From Schizochytrium sp. TIO01 (lineage: Eukaryota > Protista > Bigyra: Labyrinthulomycetes): 64,000 nucleotides of DNA. Made by a program: the position numbers and the translations under genes. Below, one piece after another: positions 10,387-20,175 of the stretch (the stretch's first letter is position 1; the number at the start of each line of letters is the position of its first letter). The notes under the pieces were generated by a model that saw only the letters and a program-made list of their open reading frames with translations, did no database searches and was not told the origin of the DNA. Location: positions 6,748,029 through 6,812,028 of the forward strand of contig SMSO01000014.1 of the NCBI GenBank assembly GCA_004764695.1, written 5' to 3'.

Positions 10387-13300
10387 TTATTGTTGCTGAT
10401 TCTTCCGGTACCAGCTTGAGAACTCGTCAAATGTAAGCTGGCCATCGTTATCAGCATCGGTCTCAATAAAACATTGTTCTGTGGTGATGATGGCAAGCTG
10501 CTCAGGATCAACACCCATGCCTTTTGCAGCTTCAGGATCGGCTGCAAACAAAACCTTGAAGACTGCAGTCAGGTACGAGGTCATTTCCTCAACAGATACA
10601 CGGTTATCACCATTAGCATCATACAAACTAAAGGCAGAGACGACCTTCTCCTCAGCACTACCCGAACACAAAATCGAAAGACCCGCGGCAAGTTCACGCT
10701 GATCAACCTTGGAGTCATTGTTGCTGTCGAAAACACCAAAGAGAGCACGTGCTACCTCAGCAGCCGCCTTTTGATCTACATAAGATTCATGGCCGCCACC
10801 TTGTTCGATCAGCATCTCGAAGACAGAAACGAACTGGTTAAAGTCCATCTTTCCGGTGCCAGCGACAGAGTGAATAGTGTCGAGTACTTCCTGAAGCTCG
10901 AGGTTTTCGAGCTTGGTCAAGCGTTTCACTTCTGCAAGACCCTTCAGGGGAACCGGTGTGGACGGTGGGCTCAGTTCAGATGGAGAGATAGGTGCTGCTT
11001 TCTGATTCAGATTTTGCGATTGAGCAGCAGCTGCCATCTCATCAGGCCCGCCAAACAGAGCTCCACCTCCACCAGCACCGAACCACAAGGTGAACTCCTC
11101 AAGTGAAATGCGCTCGTCTCCATCAAGGTCAGCTTCCTCCATTGCGGTCTCGGTTGTGGCTTGAGCCAGCTGCAAGGGACTAATTCCTTCAGGAAATTGA
11201 CTTGGAGCCAAGCTTGCAAGTGCAGCGAAGACTCCATGAAGATAAGTCTCCATTTCATCACGAGAAATAAAACCATCACCATCAAGATCAAATAGACTAA
11301 AAGCCTGGCTAATTTTCACGTCACGAGGGTCCTCGGTAAGAATGGAAAGACCAGCAGACACCATGGCGAAATCAGCACCTGAGCTACGGTCTGAAGCAAA
11401 GGCGTCAAACAGCTTCTTCGTGACAATCTCCAGAAGAACTTGATCAGCCTTACTTTGAGAAGGCTCGGAACGAGTGACAATGTCGTGAATTGTGCTGGCA
11501 AAAGAATCAAAGTCTAACAAGCCCTCAGCGTTTGTGGCAAGGGCAAATTCTTGAAAGACTTCACTGGTGGTCAACTTGCCCAAACCAGTCACGCGGCGCG
11601 CATCTTCTAGAGACACATTGTTCGGGGTAGAAGTGGCCACGGCATCCGCGTAACGAGCAGGTGCAGGGGGGCGTTTGCTACTGTTCTTGCCAAGAGCCTC
11701 AGCAGCTCCTGGAGACGACTCAAACCATTCCTTAAATTCCTCAAATGAAAGTTGATCGTCATGGTTAGTGTCGGCAGCATCAAAAATAGATTGTGCACAA
11801 GCCCGTGCCAGGTCCTCAGGAGCGGCTCCGCCAGTGCGACGAGACGCGCTGGGCTCGGTCTCATAAATTACACGGAACATCGACAGAAGAATCTTTTCCA
11901 TGTTCTCATGCGAGATGAAGCCCGAACCAGCATAGTCATATACAGCAAAGAGCTCCTCCATTTTTGAGTTCGCGTCAGAGTTGTTACCATCGGCGAGAAG
12001 CAAGAGGCCGGCAGCTATTTCAGTATAGTCCACTACACCATTGTTGTCGGCATCCAAAATGTCAAATAATCGCAGGCGGACAAGGTTTAGCTTTGCATCA
12101 TCCTCGCTGCTACGTTGCTTCTTAGAAATCAACTGGTTAAAAGCCTTCTCAAAAGCAGGACGAGTCAACACTCCATTATCATCTGTGTAGGTAGCGAAGA
12201 CCTCAAACATTTCACTTGAGGTGCGGTCACCAAAGCCAGTAATCTCCTTCACTTGATCCAAGGAAAGCCAATCAGGTGACACACCAGAGTCGTGCACAGG
12301 AGCAGCACGAATTACCTCAACGTCAGAAGCGCTAGCTAAAGTATTTCCATCGCCATCCAAAACAACTGCAGACGATGCAACAACATTTCTACCTGTGTTG
12401 TCTGTTACAGATACTGCCGAAGACTTCACAACCTCAGGGACGCCATTTGCTGCAGGTGGGGACATCGGGGCAACCGGAGCGGGCCCACTCCTCTGAACTG
12501 AGGAGCCACGCTGCCCGAGGGTTGCAGCAGCATCCGGTGATGACATAAACCACTCCTTAAACTCATCAAAAGAGAGTTGGTTGTCATGATTCGTGTCAGC
12601 CGCCTCGAAAATGGACTGAGCACAGGCTTCTGCAAGGTCCTCAGGCGCGGCACCACCAGTGCGGCGTACAGAAGAAGGATCAGTCTCATAGATCACACGG
12701 AACATAGACAACAGGATCTTTTCCATGTTTTCGCGAGAAATGTAACCCGTACCAGCGAAATCATACAGCTCAAAGAGCTCCTCCATCTTCGAGTTAGCGT
12801 CAGAGTCGCCACCGTCAGCTAGAAGGAGCAAACCGGCAGCAATTTCAGCAAAATCTACAACACCATTTCCGTCGGCGTCCATTATATCGAAAAGGCGAAG
12901 GCGTACGAGGTTAAGCTTCCCATATTCACCAGGAGTACGCTCCTTCTCAGGCACCAATTGGTTGAAAGCATCTTCAAAGGCAGGGCGTGACAGTACACCT
13001 TCCTCATTTGTGTTAGCAGCAAAGACCTCGAAGAGTTCAGAAGCACTACGCTCCCCAAAACCAGTAATTTCTTTGACCTGATCGAGAGATAGCCAATCTG
13101 GTGAAATGGCATCGTCATGAACAGGTGCAGCACGAATTACTTCAACCTCGCCAATGTTTGCATCCATAGAATCGTGAACGATAGTGGCATTTTCATTGGA
13201 GGACTTCAGTGGAGTGCTTGCATCATCAGAATCCATCCAACGGCGGAATTCTTCAAAGTTCAGCTTGCCATCACCATCCATGTCAAAATCAGAAATGACT

Positions 13301-16300
13301 TGGGCAGCCGTACTAGCGGCGAGTTCCTCTGCAGAGAGGCCACCGGCGAGGGCCTGTGCTTCGGGAGAAGTAGACAAGTACAGGCGGTATACACTCAGGA
13401 GGTAACGTTGGATCTCATCTTCATCAAGAAGGCCATCGTCATCTTCATCAAAGAGGGAAAACGCAGCCTGGGCTTTGCGGTGTGCAGGATCACGAGAGAG
13501 AAGAGCAATACCAGCAGAAAGTTCAGCAAAGTCTACTGCGCCAGAGTTGTCAGCATCAAAGATGTTAAAGAGTGCATCGTATACCAGAGGAAGCATTTGG
13601 ATGTCACGCGCAGAGAGTTCATCCCCATCGACAAATTTAGAAATAACCTTGCGGAAATTTTCCGGGGTCAGGAGACCATCTTCATCAACCACAAGTGCAA
13701 ACTCCTCGAAAATATCCCGCTGTGCCCACTTGCCGAGACCGGTGATACGTTTGAGTTCGTCAATTGACAGCCAGCCAGAAGCAGATCCTACCACTTTGCC
13801 CATGGCCCGAGCAGTATCGTCAGACTCCCACCAGCGCTTAAATTCTGCAAAGGACAATTCGTCATCACGGTTCAAGTCAGCTTCCTCAAAGATTTCCTCC
13901 ACAGTGACCTTGGCAAGATCTTCAGCAGACATATTGCCCATAAACAGATCAGCGCCCTCCTGAGTTTCTAACATGAGGCGGAAAACGGAGGTTAAATACC
14001 ACTCCATACTCTCCCGAGACACTGTGCCAGTACCATCTTGGTCATACAGGCGAAAGGCTGCCTCCGCTGCTCCATGGCCGCCCTTTTCACCACCTTTACA
14101 CAGGACTGAGAGGCCCGATGCAAGCTCTAAAAAGTCAACGGTGCCGTTGCCATCCTGATCAAAGACATCAAAGAGCTGAGCGACAACAATAGCAGCACGT
14201 TCTTGCTCGTTCGGGTTCAACAAGAGGTTGCTACGGCTTCGCATAATACGCTGGAACACAGTTGTGAAAGCAGCACGGTCGAGTTCGCCATCAACCGCCT
14301 CAACGGCAAATGCTTCGAAAGCATCAGCAGCATCCATGCTCTCAAGCCCAGTGAGACGCCGAGCATCAGAAAGACTCATCTTTGACATGTCCTGAGAAGG
14401 AGGCGGGGGAGGTGGCGGGGTACCTTGGCGGCGCTGGGTAGATTGCATGGGGATTCCACCAGGTGCCAGTGCCGCCTGGGCATCAGAGTCCCACCAACGT
14501 TTGAACTCGTCCCAGCTGATGAGAGAATCGTGGTTAATGTCCATCTCGCGGAACAACTCTTCCATTGAAGCTTCTGCCAAAGCCTCGGGCTTGACACCGC
14601 CCAACTGCTCGCGGGTGGATGGCTGCAACGCAAACATGACACGGAAAACCGCGCTCAAGAATGAGTAAAGCTCGGGTTTAGAGATCATTCCATCACCATT
14701 GAGGTCGTACAAGGCAAAGCAAGACTCTGCGCGCATATCCTTGCCACCACCTGCAAGGATTGACAGACCAGCAGCCAAATCAGTAAATTCAATAGCACCA
14801 GCACCGTCTGTGTCAAACGCATGGAAAATGCGGTTAATCACAAGGTGCAGGCGATCCATCTCATCGGAGGTAAACGCGGGTGGGCGTGCCAGAGAAATTT
14901 CACGGAAGACCTGTTCAAAGGTATGCCGATCAATCGTACCATCTGGGCAACGTTCTGCAAATAGCTCGAAGATCTCATTAGGGAGGTATTGCTCAAAACG
15001 CGTGAGCTTGCGAATGTCGTTGAGAGAAAGAGCCATTGGTACAGTCTCTGTAAACTGCGTCAAGGAAGCACCTTCACCTTTCGAGTACCATTTTCTAAAA
15101 GTCGGGTAGTCGATCTCATCATCCGTTGAAAGTCCATTGGAATCAAAGATTTCTTGCGCAGTGGCTGTAGCAAGCTCCTTCGCAGTGGTGCCAACATGTT
15201 CTTTCAATCCAGGCTGAGTCTCAAAGAGCAAGGTGAAGACCGAGGTTAGGTATTGAGTGATCTCCTTCAAGCTAATACCACCTGAGCCATCAAGATCCCA
15301 CAGCTCAAAAGCGAGCTGGGCCTTTGAATCAATATCCATAGTTGGGTTAAGGATAGACAGTCCAGCATTAAGTTCGCGATGATCAATGAGGCCGTTATTG
15401 TCCATATCAAAGATTTCGAAAAGACGATCAAGAACCACGTTAAGGCGCGTCTGTTGAGCCATAGTGAGCTCTTCGCCATCAGAAGCCTCGGCGATGATTT
15501 CCTGGAAAGCAGCAAGAAAACCCTTCTTGTCAATCTCACCATTGCTGTTGGCAAACTCCAAGAACTGATCCGAGATATCCTCAGCAGCATAGCGATCAAT
15601 CTTTGTGAGCTTACGGATCTCGTCCATACTAACAAAGCTCGGTGTCTGAGCCACAAGATCTTGTACAGCGCTTCCAGTTTTGGACATTTGGACCCATTTA
15701 GTGAACTCTTCGTAGGAAAGGCGACCATCTTCATTCAAGTCAGCGTCTAGAAAAGCTTGTTCAGCGGTTTGACGAGCGAGATCCTCAGGCGTAACATTAC
15801 CAACACGTTCCTTAAGTTCAGGTTGTACCTCGAAGAGAACCTTAAATGTAGAAGTCATCAACTTAATCATTTCAGAAAGGCTCACGTAGCCATCACCATC
15901 TTCATCAAACAGGGCAAAGCTTGTTGCCATGCGATCACCATCAGTCTCAGTTCCAGCAAGAACCATGAGACCTGTGGACAACTCAGAAAAGGAGACGCGA
16001 CCATCCTTACTATAATCAAACATATCATAGAGGCGATCCATCAGGAAGGTGAGACGGACAAAATCATCTTCAGTCTGGCAAGCCTCCTGGTCTACCAGTT
16101 CATGCATGACCTCATCAAAAGACTCGCGACTAATGTACATATTGCTCGTGGTCTTATGACGTCTCATACGCGAACCTGTGGGACGAAATCCGTCATCATC
16201 AGCCTCAGGGTACTCAACGGCAGCTTCGGCAAACTTTTCAAGAAGCTCACTCGAATTGTATAGATGAAGACGAGTAAGGCGGCGGATTTCATCCAAGTTA

Positions 16301-19300
16301 AACCAGTCAGCATCTGCGGCCATGAGCTCCGCAGCAACACTGAGTTGCTGACCTGTGCTCTTAGAATACCACGCACGGAACTCATCGAGGTTCAGACGGT
16401 CGTCATGATTTTTGTCACATTCAGTCATAATTTGGCCGGCTGTGCGACGAGCAAGTTCTTCCGCAGGAAGGCCCCCAGTTTCAGACTTAGTGCTAGGCTG
16501 GGTTGCATACATTACACGGAAAACGCAGGTAAGGTAGCGCTCAAGCTCTGAACGCTGAATGTATCCGTCCCCATCAATATCATAAAGTTCAAAGACTGCG
16601 CGGACACGGGCCTCGCGAACTTCCTCGGAGTTGCGAGCTTGGGTAGTAGGACTTGTCAATTCATTTCCAGGGGCGCCGCAGAGAATGCTAATACCAGCAC
16701 CAAGTTCCTGCATGTCAACATAGTTATCCTTGTTGAGGTCAAGAGTGTCAAAGAGTCTATGCAAAACAAGTCTAAGACGATCTTGGTCGTCCTCAGCATC
16801 AAGGCCACCTTGCATACTCACAATGCGATGGAAACCCCGAAAGAAAGCATCCTTTGTGAGACGACCCTCCATATCAGCTTGAGCAGCGAGGATATCAAAG
16901 GCATCATCTGGAGAATAACGGTCGAGCATGGTCAGGCGGCGAACCTCAGGAAGTGAAATCCAAGAGCTGGATACATCCTCATGGTTATTTTGTTGCTTTT
17001 GCTGATGCTGCTGCTGCTGCTGCTTCTGTGCAGACAACGCCTGTGCATTAGGTTGGGGGGGGTGCTGGCTGCCATCATCCATGAACCACGAACGGAATTC
17101 TTCCCAATCCAAGAGTCCATTCTTATCGAGATCAGCTTGAGCAAAAACACTCTCCGCTGTGACACGAGCTAGCTCTTCTGCAGAAATGTTACCCGCAATT
17201 GCTCGGGAAGACGGTTGAAGCAAGAACATGATCTTGTAGACGGAGAACAGGTATTGAGAAAGTTCTTCACGGCTAATGACTTCATCGTTGTTAAGATCGA
17301 AGAGCTCAAAGCAAGTCATGGCACGCTCCTCGGGGTCTCCACTGACGCACATAATAGATAATCCGCTCAGCAGCTGACGGAAGTCTGCAAGTCCACCGGC
17401 GGGTGCATAAAGAGCAAAAATGCTTTCAGAAAGCGCTTTGAGTTTGCTAGGATCAGCTCCGGAGGGTGCAAGGTTAGAAATAACAGTCTGGAAAGCACGA
17501 GCAGAGATTCCGGAAGTCGTTGGGTCAGCAACATCGGAAAACACTTCAAGAAGGTCTTCAACAGTAAGGTCTTCAAGCCCAGTAAGCTTACGTGCTTCCT
17601 CAAGGCTGACAGAAGGTCCATTTTGGTCCTGGATAGTTGCCACAGCCTGTCCAGAGTCTGAGCTGAGGTACCAGCGGGAGAATTCACTAAAGCTCAGACG
17701 CTGGTCAGCATTCTTATCGTAGTGCATAAAGGCTTCCATTGTTGTTTCACGAGCGAGACTATCCACATCTAGCCCTTGAACATTGGAAAGTCCCTTCAGC
17801 TCGAATTGCACGGTAAATACAGCCCTAAGCATCTCAAAGAGTTCCTCAGGTTCAATGTAGCCCGAGTTGTCTTTGTCAAAAAGAGAGAATACAGCTCGAG
17901 TCTTGGCATCCGGAAGGTGAGCGGTGGGTCCAACACCATTGGTACAGAGCACGCTAATGCCACTTGCAATCTCCTCGAAGGAAAGAATACCATTATGGTC
18001 CTGGTCAAAGATGGCCCAGAGGCGTTTAATGATTTGACGGTACAGGTGATCTGCGTGCTGATTGCGTGGCTGGTCGCCATATGCACGATGACGCAGCGCG
18101 AGAAAGGCCTGCACGTAGCCTTCGTAGGTAAGGTCGCCATCTTCGTCGCGGTGTCTGCTGAATTCATCAAAAACTTGGAATACATCAAACCGGTCAATGC
18201 CAGTGAGTGCACGAACCTGCTCGAGGGACAGGCCGCTTTGTGTGAGAGGCACAGGCCTCAAGTCTGCATTCGCGACGGCGGTGTTAGTGTCAGCAGCGTT
18301 GCCGGACGGTGCCGGAGCGTTACCAATAGAGGCTGGCTTTTCCCACCAAGTACGGAACTCCTCAAACGAGAGGCGTCCATCACCATCTGTATCGGCTTCC
18401 TCAAAGCAAGCGCGAGCAGTAACCTCGGCGAGCTCGTCGGGGTCCATAGGAAGGCGACCAGGCTGGGCCATTTCGAGCATGCGGAAAGTACTTGCCATGT
18501 AGGTTTCCATTTCAGCAAGGCTAATGTAGCCATCATTATTATAATCATAGAGTTTGAAGGCCGCAAGGACCTTGTCAGTTCTGGATCCCGCGCAGAGGAC
18601 AGAGACACCCGATAACTCCTCAAAGTCTACAAGTCCGTTACCATCAACGTCAAAGATATCAAAGATGCGGTCAAGATCGCGCTGGACGACTTGGGGATCT
18701 ATGCGGATCTGCTTGAGGCGCATCAGAATCATATAGGCGTCACGGAAGCGGTTGCGGTTGAGACTGCCGTCGTTAGCGCGGTCAGCGAAGACGTCAAATA
18801 CTTCCTCGGCAGTGCACTTGTCGAAGTGAAGTCGTTGGCTAAGCTCCATGAGCATGTTAGAGGTATCAGGAAGGACGGACATGCTCGAGGCGCCCCCAGA
18901 GGACTCACTGTGCACAAGAGCGTGCATGGATGCCGACGATGAGGAGGACGAAGATGCCGTCAGTGGTGGTCTTGCAACGTTGTATTGTACTGATTGTGTG
19001 GACGCGGCGGGCGGTGCAGCTGCTGAGGGCGGCGCAGAGCGTGAGGAGGGCATGTCTGAGGCGTACCAAGCATAAAACTGCTCCCACGAGAGCGCCCCCG
19101 TCAAGGGGACGCCAGCCTCACGGAAACACTGCTCTGTGGTGACGGCTGCAAGTTCCTCAGGGGAAATCTGAAATCGCTCGAAGACGTCACCGTTGCCAGC
19201 GGTGCTTGAGATAACGCGAAAGACGCTTGAGAGATACTGCTTCATCTCAGAGAACCAGATCTGGCCATCTTGAGCAAGATCAAACATGCTGAAGGCAAGG

Positions 19301-20175
19301 CGGATCTTCTGCTCTTGTGAACCTGAGCACAGCAGCGAGAGGCCTGCCACGAGTTCCTTTGCGCTAACGCGACTGTCACGTGCTGTGTCAAAGACCGCAA
19401 AGAGACGTCCGAGGAGGTGACCAGTTGCAACCTGGTCTCCGCGGTAGTCTTCTTTGAGAAACTTAGAGAAGACCTGAATAAACGTTTCCCGTGTCAGAAA
19501 GCCGCCCGGAGCCAGTTCTGCGAAGAGTTGCATAATTTTGGCAATATCCTGGGTATCCAGCTGAAACATGCTTGAGACATCTGCAGCGCCGCCAATCAAC
19601 TGACCATTTCCACGGCTGCTGGGGCTATTCTCCTGATATTGCTGGTGCTGCTGGTGCTGAGGTATAGCCGACGCAGCGTTGGAGAAGCTCCTGTTGAGGG
19701 TACGTTCCGCAATGGCCTCAGCGTCGTCCTCATCAATCTCATCGTCGTCTTCGTCGTCCACCTCGTCGTCATCATCGTCGTTCACACCAGCTGCGCTCAC
19801 ACCAATCTGCTCTCCCATAAATTCCTCATCGTCATCATCATCATCTCCGATGTCTCTTCGAAATTCCGCTTGGCGGAAGTCCTCCTCGTCGTCATCATCA
19901 CCCTCGGCATGGCTGTCAACGTCCTCGGAGTCATCGGCCCTGAGCACAACGTGAATGCTCTGGTAGGCGGCGAAGGCAGAAGGATCCTTGCAGACTCTAG
20001 AAAGCGGGAACGAACGCCCGGTGTCGGCCACAAAGACAGCATCCACGGCATCGTCCGGAAGGCCAAGCGCGGCGCAGAGCAGCTGGCGCAGCTCGGCCTC
20101 GCTCGTGCCCGGCCCAACCCAGAGCGCCTTAGAGAGGCCGTTCCAGTGGAAGCGCACCGACACGGGGCGCACCAT
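10387..20175 (-). CDS. Giant multi-EF-hand protein: 14 tandem recoverin/NCS/calcineurin-B-like modules after a small N-terminal beta-grasp-like domain and an acidic tract
   Basis: 9789-nt ORF. Fourteen recurrences of LFxxFDxDxxGxVDFxELxxGLS(V/I)L...(A)FxL(Y/F)DxDGDGxISxxEMxxYLxxVF...ADxxxDxxLSFEEFxxW. One module carries the NCS-type CPxG in its cryptic EF1 (ERCPDG, ~14940). Confidence 0.93.
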   Translation of the reverse strand: MVRPVSVRFHWNGLSKALWVGPGTSEAELRQLLCAALGLPDDAVDAVFVADTGRSFPLSRVCKDPSAFAAYQSIHVVLRADDSEDVDSHAEGDDDDEEDFRQAEFRRDIGDDDDDDEEFMGEQIGVSAAGVNDDDDDEVDDEDDDEIDEDDAEAIAERTLNRSFSNAASAIPQHQQHQQYQENSPSSRGNGQLIGGAADVSSMFQLDTQDIAKIMQLFAELAPGGFLTRETFIQVFSKFLKEDYRGDQVATGHLLGRLFAVFDTARDSRVSAKELVAGLSLLCSGSQEQKIRLAFSMFDLAQDGQIWFSEMKQYLSSVFRVISSTAGNGDVFERFQISPEELAAVTTEQCFREAGVPLTGALSWEQFYAWYASDMPSSRSAPPSAAAPPAASTQSVQYNVARPPLTASSSSSSSASMHALVHSESSGGASSMSVLPDTSNMLMELSQRLHFDKCTAEEVFDVFADRANDGSLNRNRFRDAYMILMRLKQIRIDPQVVQRDLDRIFDIFDVDGNGLVDFEELSGVSVLCAGSRTDKVLAAFKLYDYNNDGYISLAEMETYMASTFRMLEMAQPGRLPMDPDELAEVTARACFEEADTDGDGRLSFEEFRTWWEKPASIGNAPAPSGNAADTNTAVANADLRPVPLTQSGLSLEQVRALTGIDRFDVFQVFDEFSRHRDEDGDLTYEGYVQAFLALRHRAYGDQPRNQHADHLYRQIIKRLWAIFDQDHNGILSFEEIASGISVLCTNGVGPTAHLPDAKTRAVFSLFDKDNSGYIEPEELFEMLRAVFTVQFELKGLSNVQGLDVDSLARETTMEAFMHYDKNADQRLSFSEFSRWYLSSDSGQAVATIQDQNGPSVSLEEARKLTGLEDLTVEDLLEVFSDVADPTTSGISARAFQTVISNLAPSGADPSKLKALSESIFALYAPAGGLADFRQLLSGLSIMCVSGDPEERAMTCFELFDLNNDEVISREELSQYLFSVYKIMFLLQPSSRAIAGNISAEELARVTAESVFAQADLDKNGLLDWEEFRSWFMDDGSQHPPQPNAQALSAQKQQQQQHQQKQQNNHEDVSSSWISLPEVRRLTMLDRYSPDDAFDILAAQADMEGRLTKDAFFRGFHRIVSMQGGLDAEDDQDRLRLVLHRLFDTLDLNKDNYVDMQELGAGISILCGAPGNELTSPTTQARNSEEVREARVRAVFELYDIDGDGYIQRSELERYLTCVFRVMYATQPSTKSETGGLPAEELARRTAGQIMTECDKNHDDRLNLDEFRAWYSKSTGQQLSVAAELMAADADWFNLDEIRRLTRLHLYNSSELLEKFAEAAVEYPEADDDGFRPTGSRMRRHKTTSNMYISRESFDEVMHELVDQEACQTEDDFVRLTFLMDRLYDMFDYSKDGRVSFSELSTGLMVLAGTETDGDRMATSFALFDEDGDGYVSLSEMIKLMTSTFKVLFEVQPELKERVGNVTPEDLARQTAEQAFLDADLNEDGRLSYEEFTKWVQMSKTGSAVQDLVAQTPSFVSMDEIRKLTKIDRYAAEDISDQFLEFANSNGEIDKKGFLAAFQEIIAEASDGEELTMAQQTRLNVVLDRLFEIFDMDNNGLIDHRELNAGLSILNPTMDIDSKAQLAFELWDLDGSGGISLKEITQYLTSVFTLLFETQPGLKEHVGTTAKELATATAQEIFDSNGLSTDDEIDYPTFRKWYSKGEGASLTQFTETVPMALSLNDIRKLTRFEQYLPNEIFELFAERCPDGTIDRHTFEQVFREISLARPPAFTSDEMDRLHLVINRIFHAFDTDGAGAIEFTDLAAGLSILAGGGKDMRAESCFALYDLNGDGMISKPELYSFLSAVFRVMFALQPSTREQLGGVKPEALAEASMEELFREMDINHDSLISWDEFKRWWDSDAQAALAPGGIPMQSTQRRQGTPPPPPPPSQDMSKMSLSDARRLTGLESMDAADAFEAFAVEAVDGELDRAAFTTVFQRIMRSRSNLLLNPNEQERAAIVVAQLFDVFDQDGNGTVDFLELASGLSVLCKGGEKGGHGAAEAAFRLYDQDGTGTVSRESMEWYLTSVFRLMLETQEGADLFMGNMSAEDLAKVTVEEIFEEADLNRDDELSFAEFKRWWESDDTARAMGKVVGSASGWLSIDELKRITGLGKWAQRDIFEEFALVVDEDGLLTPENFRKVISKFVDGDELSARDIQMLPLVYDALFNIFDADNSGAVDFAELSAGIALLSRDPAHRKAQAAFSLFDEDDDGLLDEDEIQRYLLSVYRLYLSTSPEAQALAGGLSAEELAASTAAQVISDFDMDGDGKLNFEEFRRWMDSDDASTPLKSSNENATIVHDSMDANIGEVEVIRAAPVHDDAISPDWLSLDQVKEITGFGERSASELFEVFAANTNEEGVLSRPAFEDAFNQLVPEKERTPGEYGKLNLVRLRLFDIMDADGNGVVDFAEIAAGLLLLADGGDSDANSKMEELFELYDFAGTGYISRENMEKILLSMFRVIYETDPSSVRRTGGAAPEDLAEACAQSIFEAADTNHDNQLSFDEFKEWFMSSPDAAATLGQRGSSVQRSGPAPVAPMSPPAANGVPEVVKSSAVSVTDNTGRNVVASSAVVLDGDGNTLASASDVEVIRAAPVHDSGVSPDWLSLDQVKEITGFGDRTSSEMFEVFATYTDDNGVLTRPAFEKAFNQLISKKQRSSEDDAKLNLVRLRLFDILDADNNGVVDYTEIAAGLLLLADGNNSDANSKMEELFAVYDYAGSGFISHENMEKILLSMFRVIYETEPSASRRTGGAAPEDLARACAQSIFDAADTNHDDQLSFEEFKEWFESSPGAAEALGKNSSKRPPAPARYADAVATSTPNNVSLEDARRVTGLGKLTTSEVFQEFALATNAEGLLDFDSFASTIHDIVTRSEPSQSKADQVLLEIVTKKLFDAFASDRSSGADFAMVSAGLSILTEDPRDVKISQAFSLFDLDGDGFISRDEMETYLHGVFAALASLAPSQFPEGISPLQLAQATTETAMEEADLDGDERISLEEFTLWFGAGGGGALFGGPDEMAAAAQSQNLNQKAAPISPSELSPPSTPVPLKGLAEVKRLTKLENLELQEVLDTIHSVAGTGKMDFNQFVSVFEMLIEQGGGHESYVDQKAAAEVARALFGVFDSNNDSKVDQRELAAGLSILCSGSAEEKVVSAFSLYDANGDNRVSVEEMTSYLTAVFKVLFAADPEAAKGMGVDPEQLAIITTEQCFIETDADNDGQLTFDEFSSWYRKNQQQ

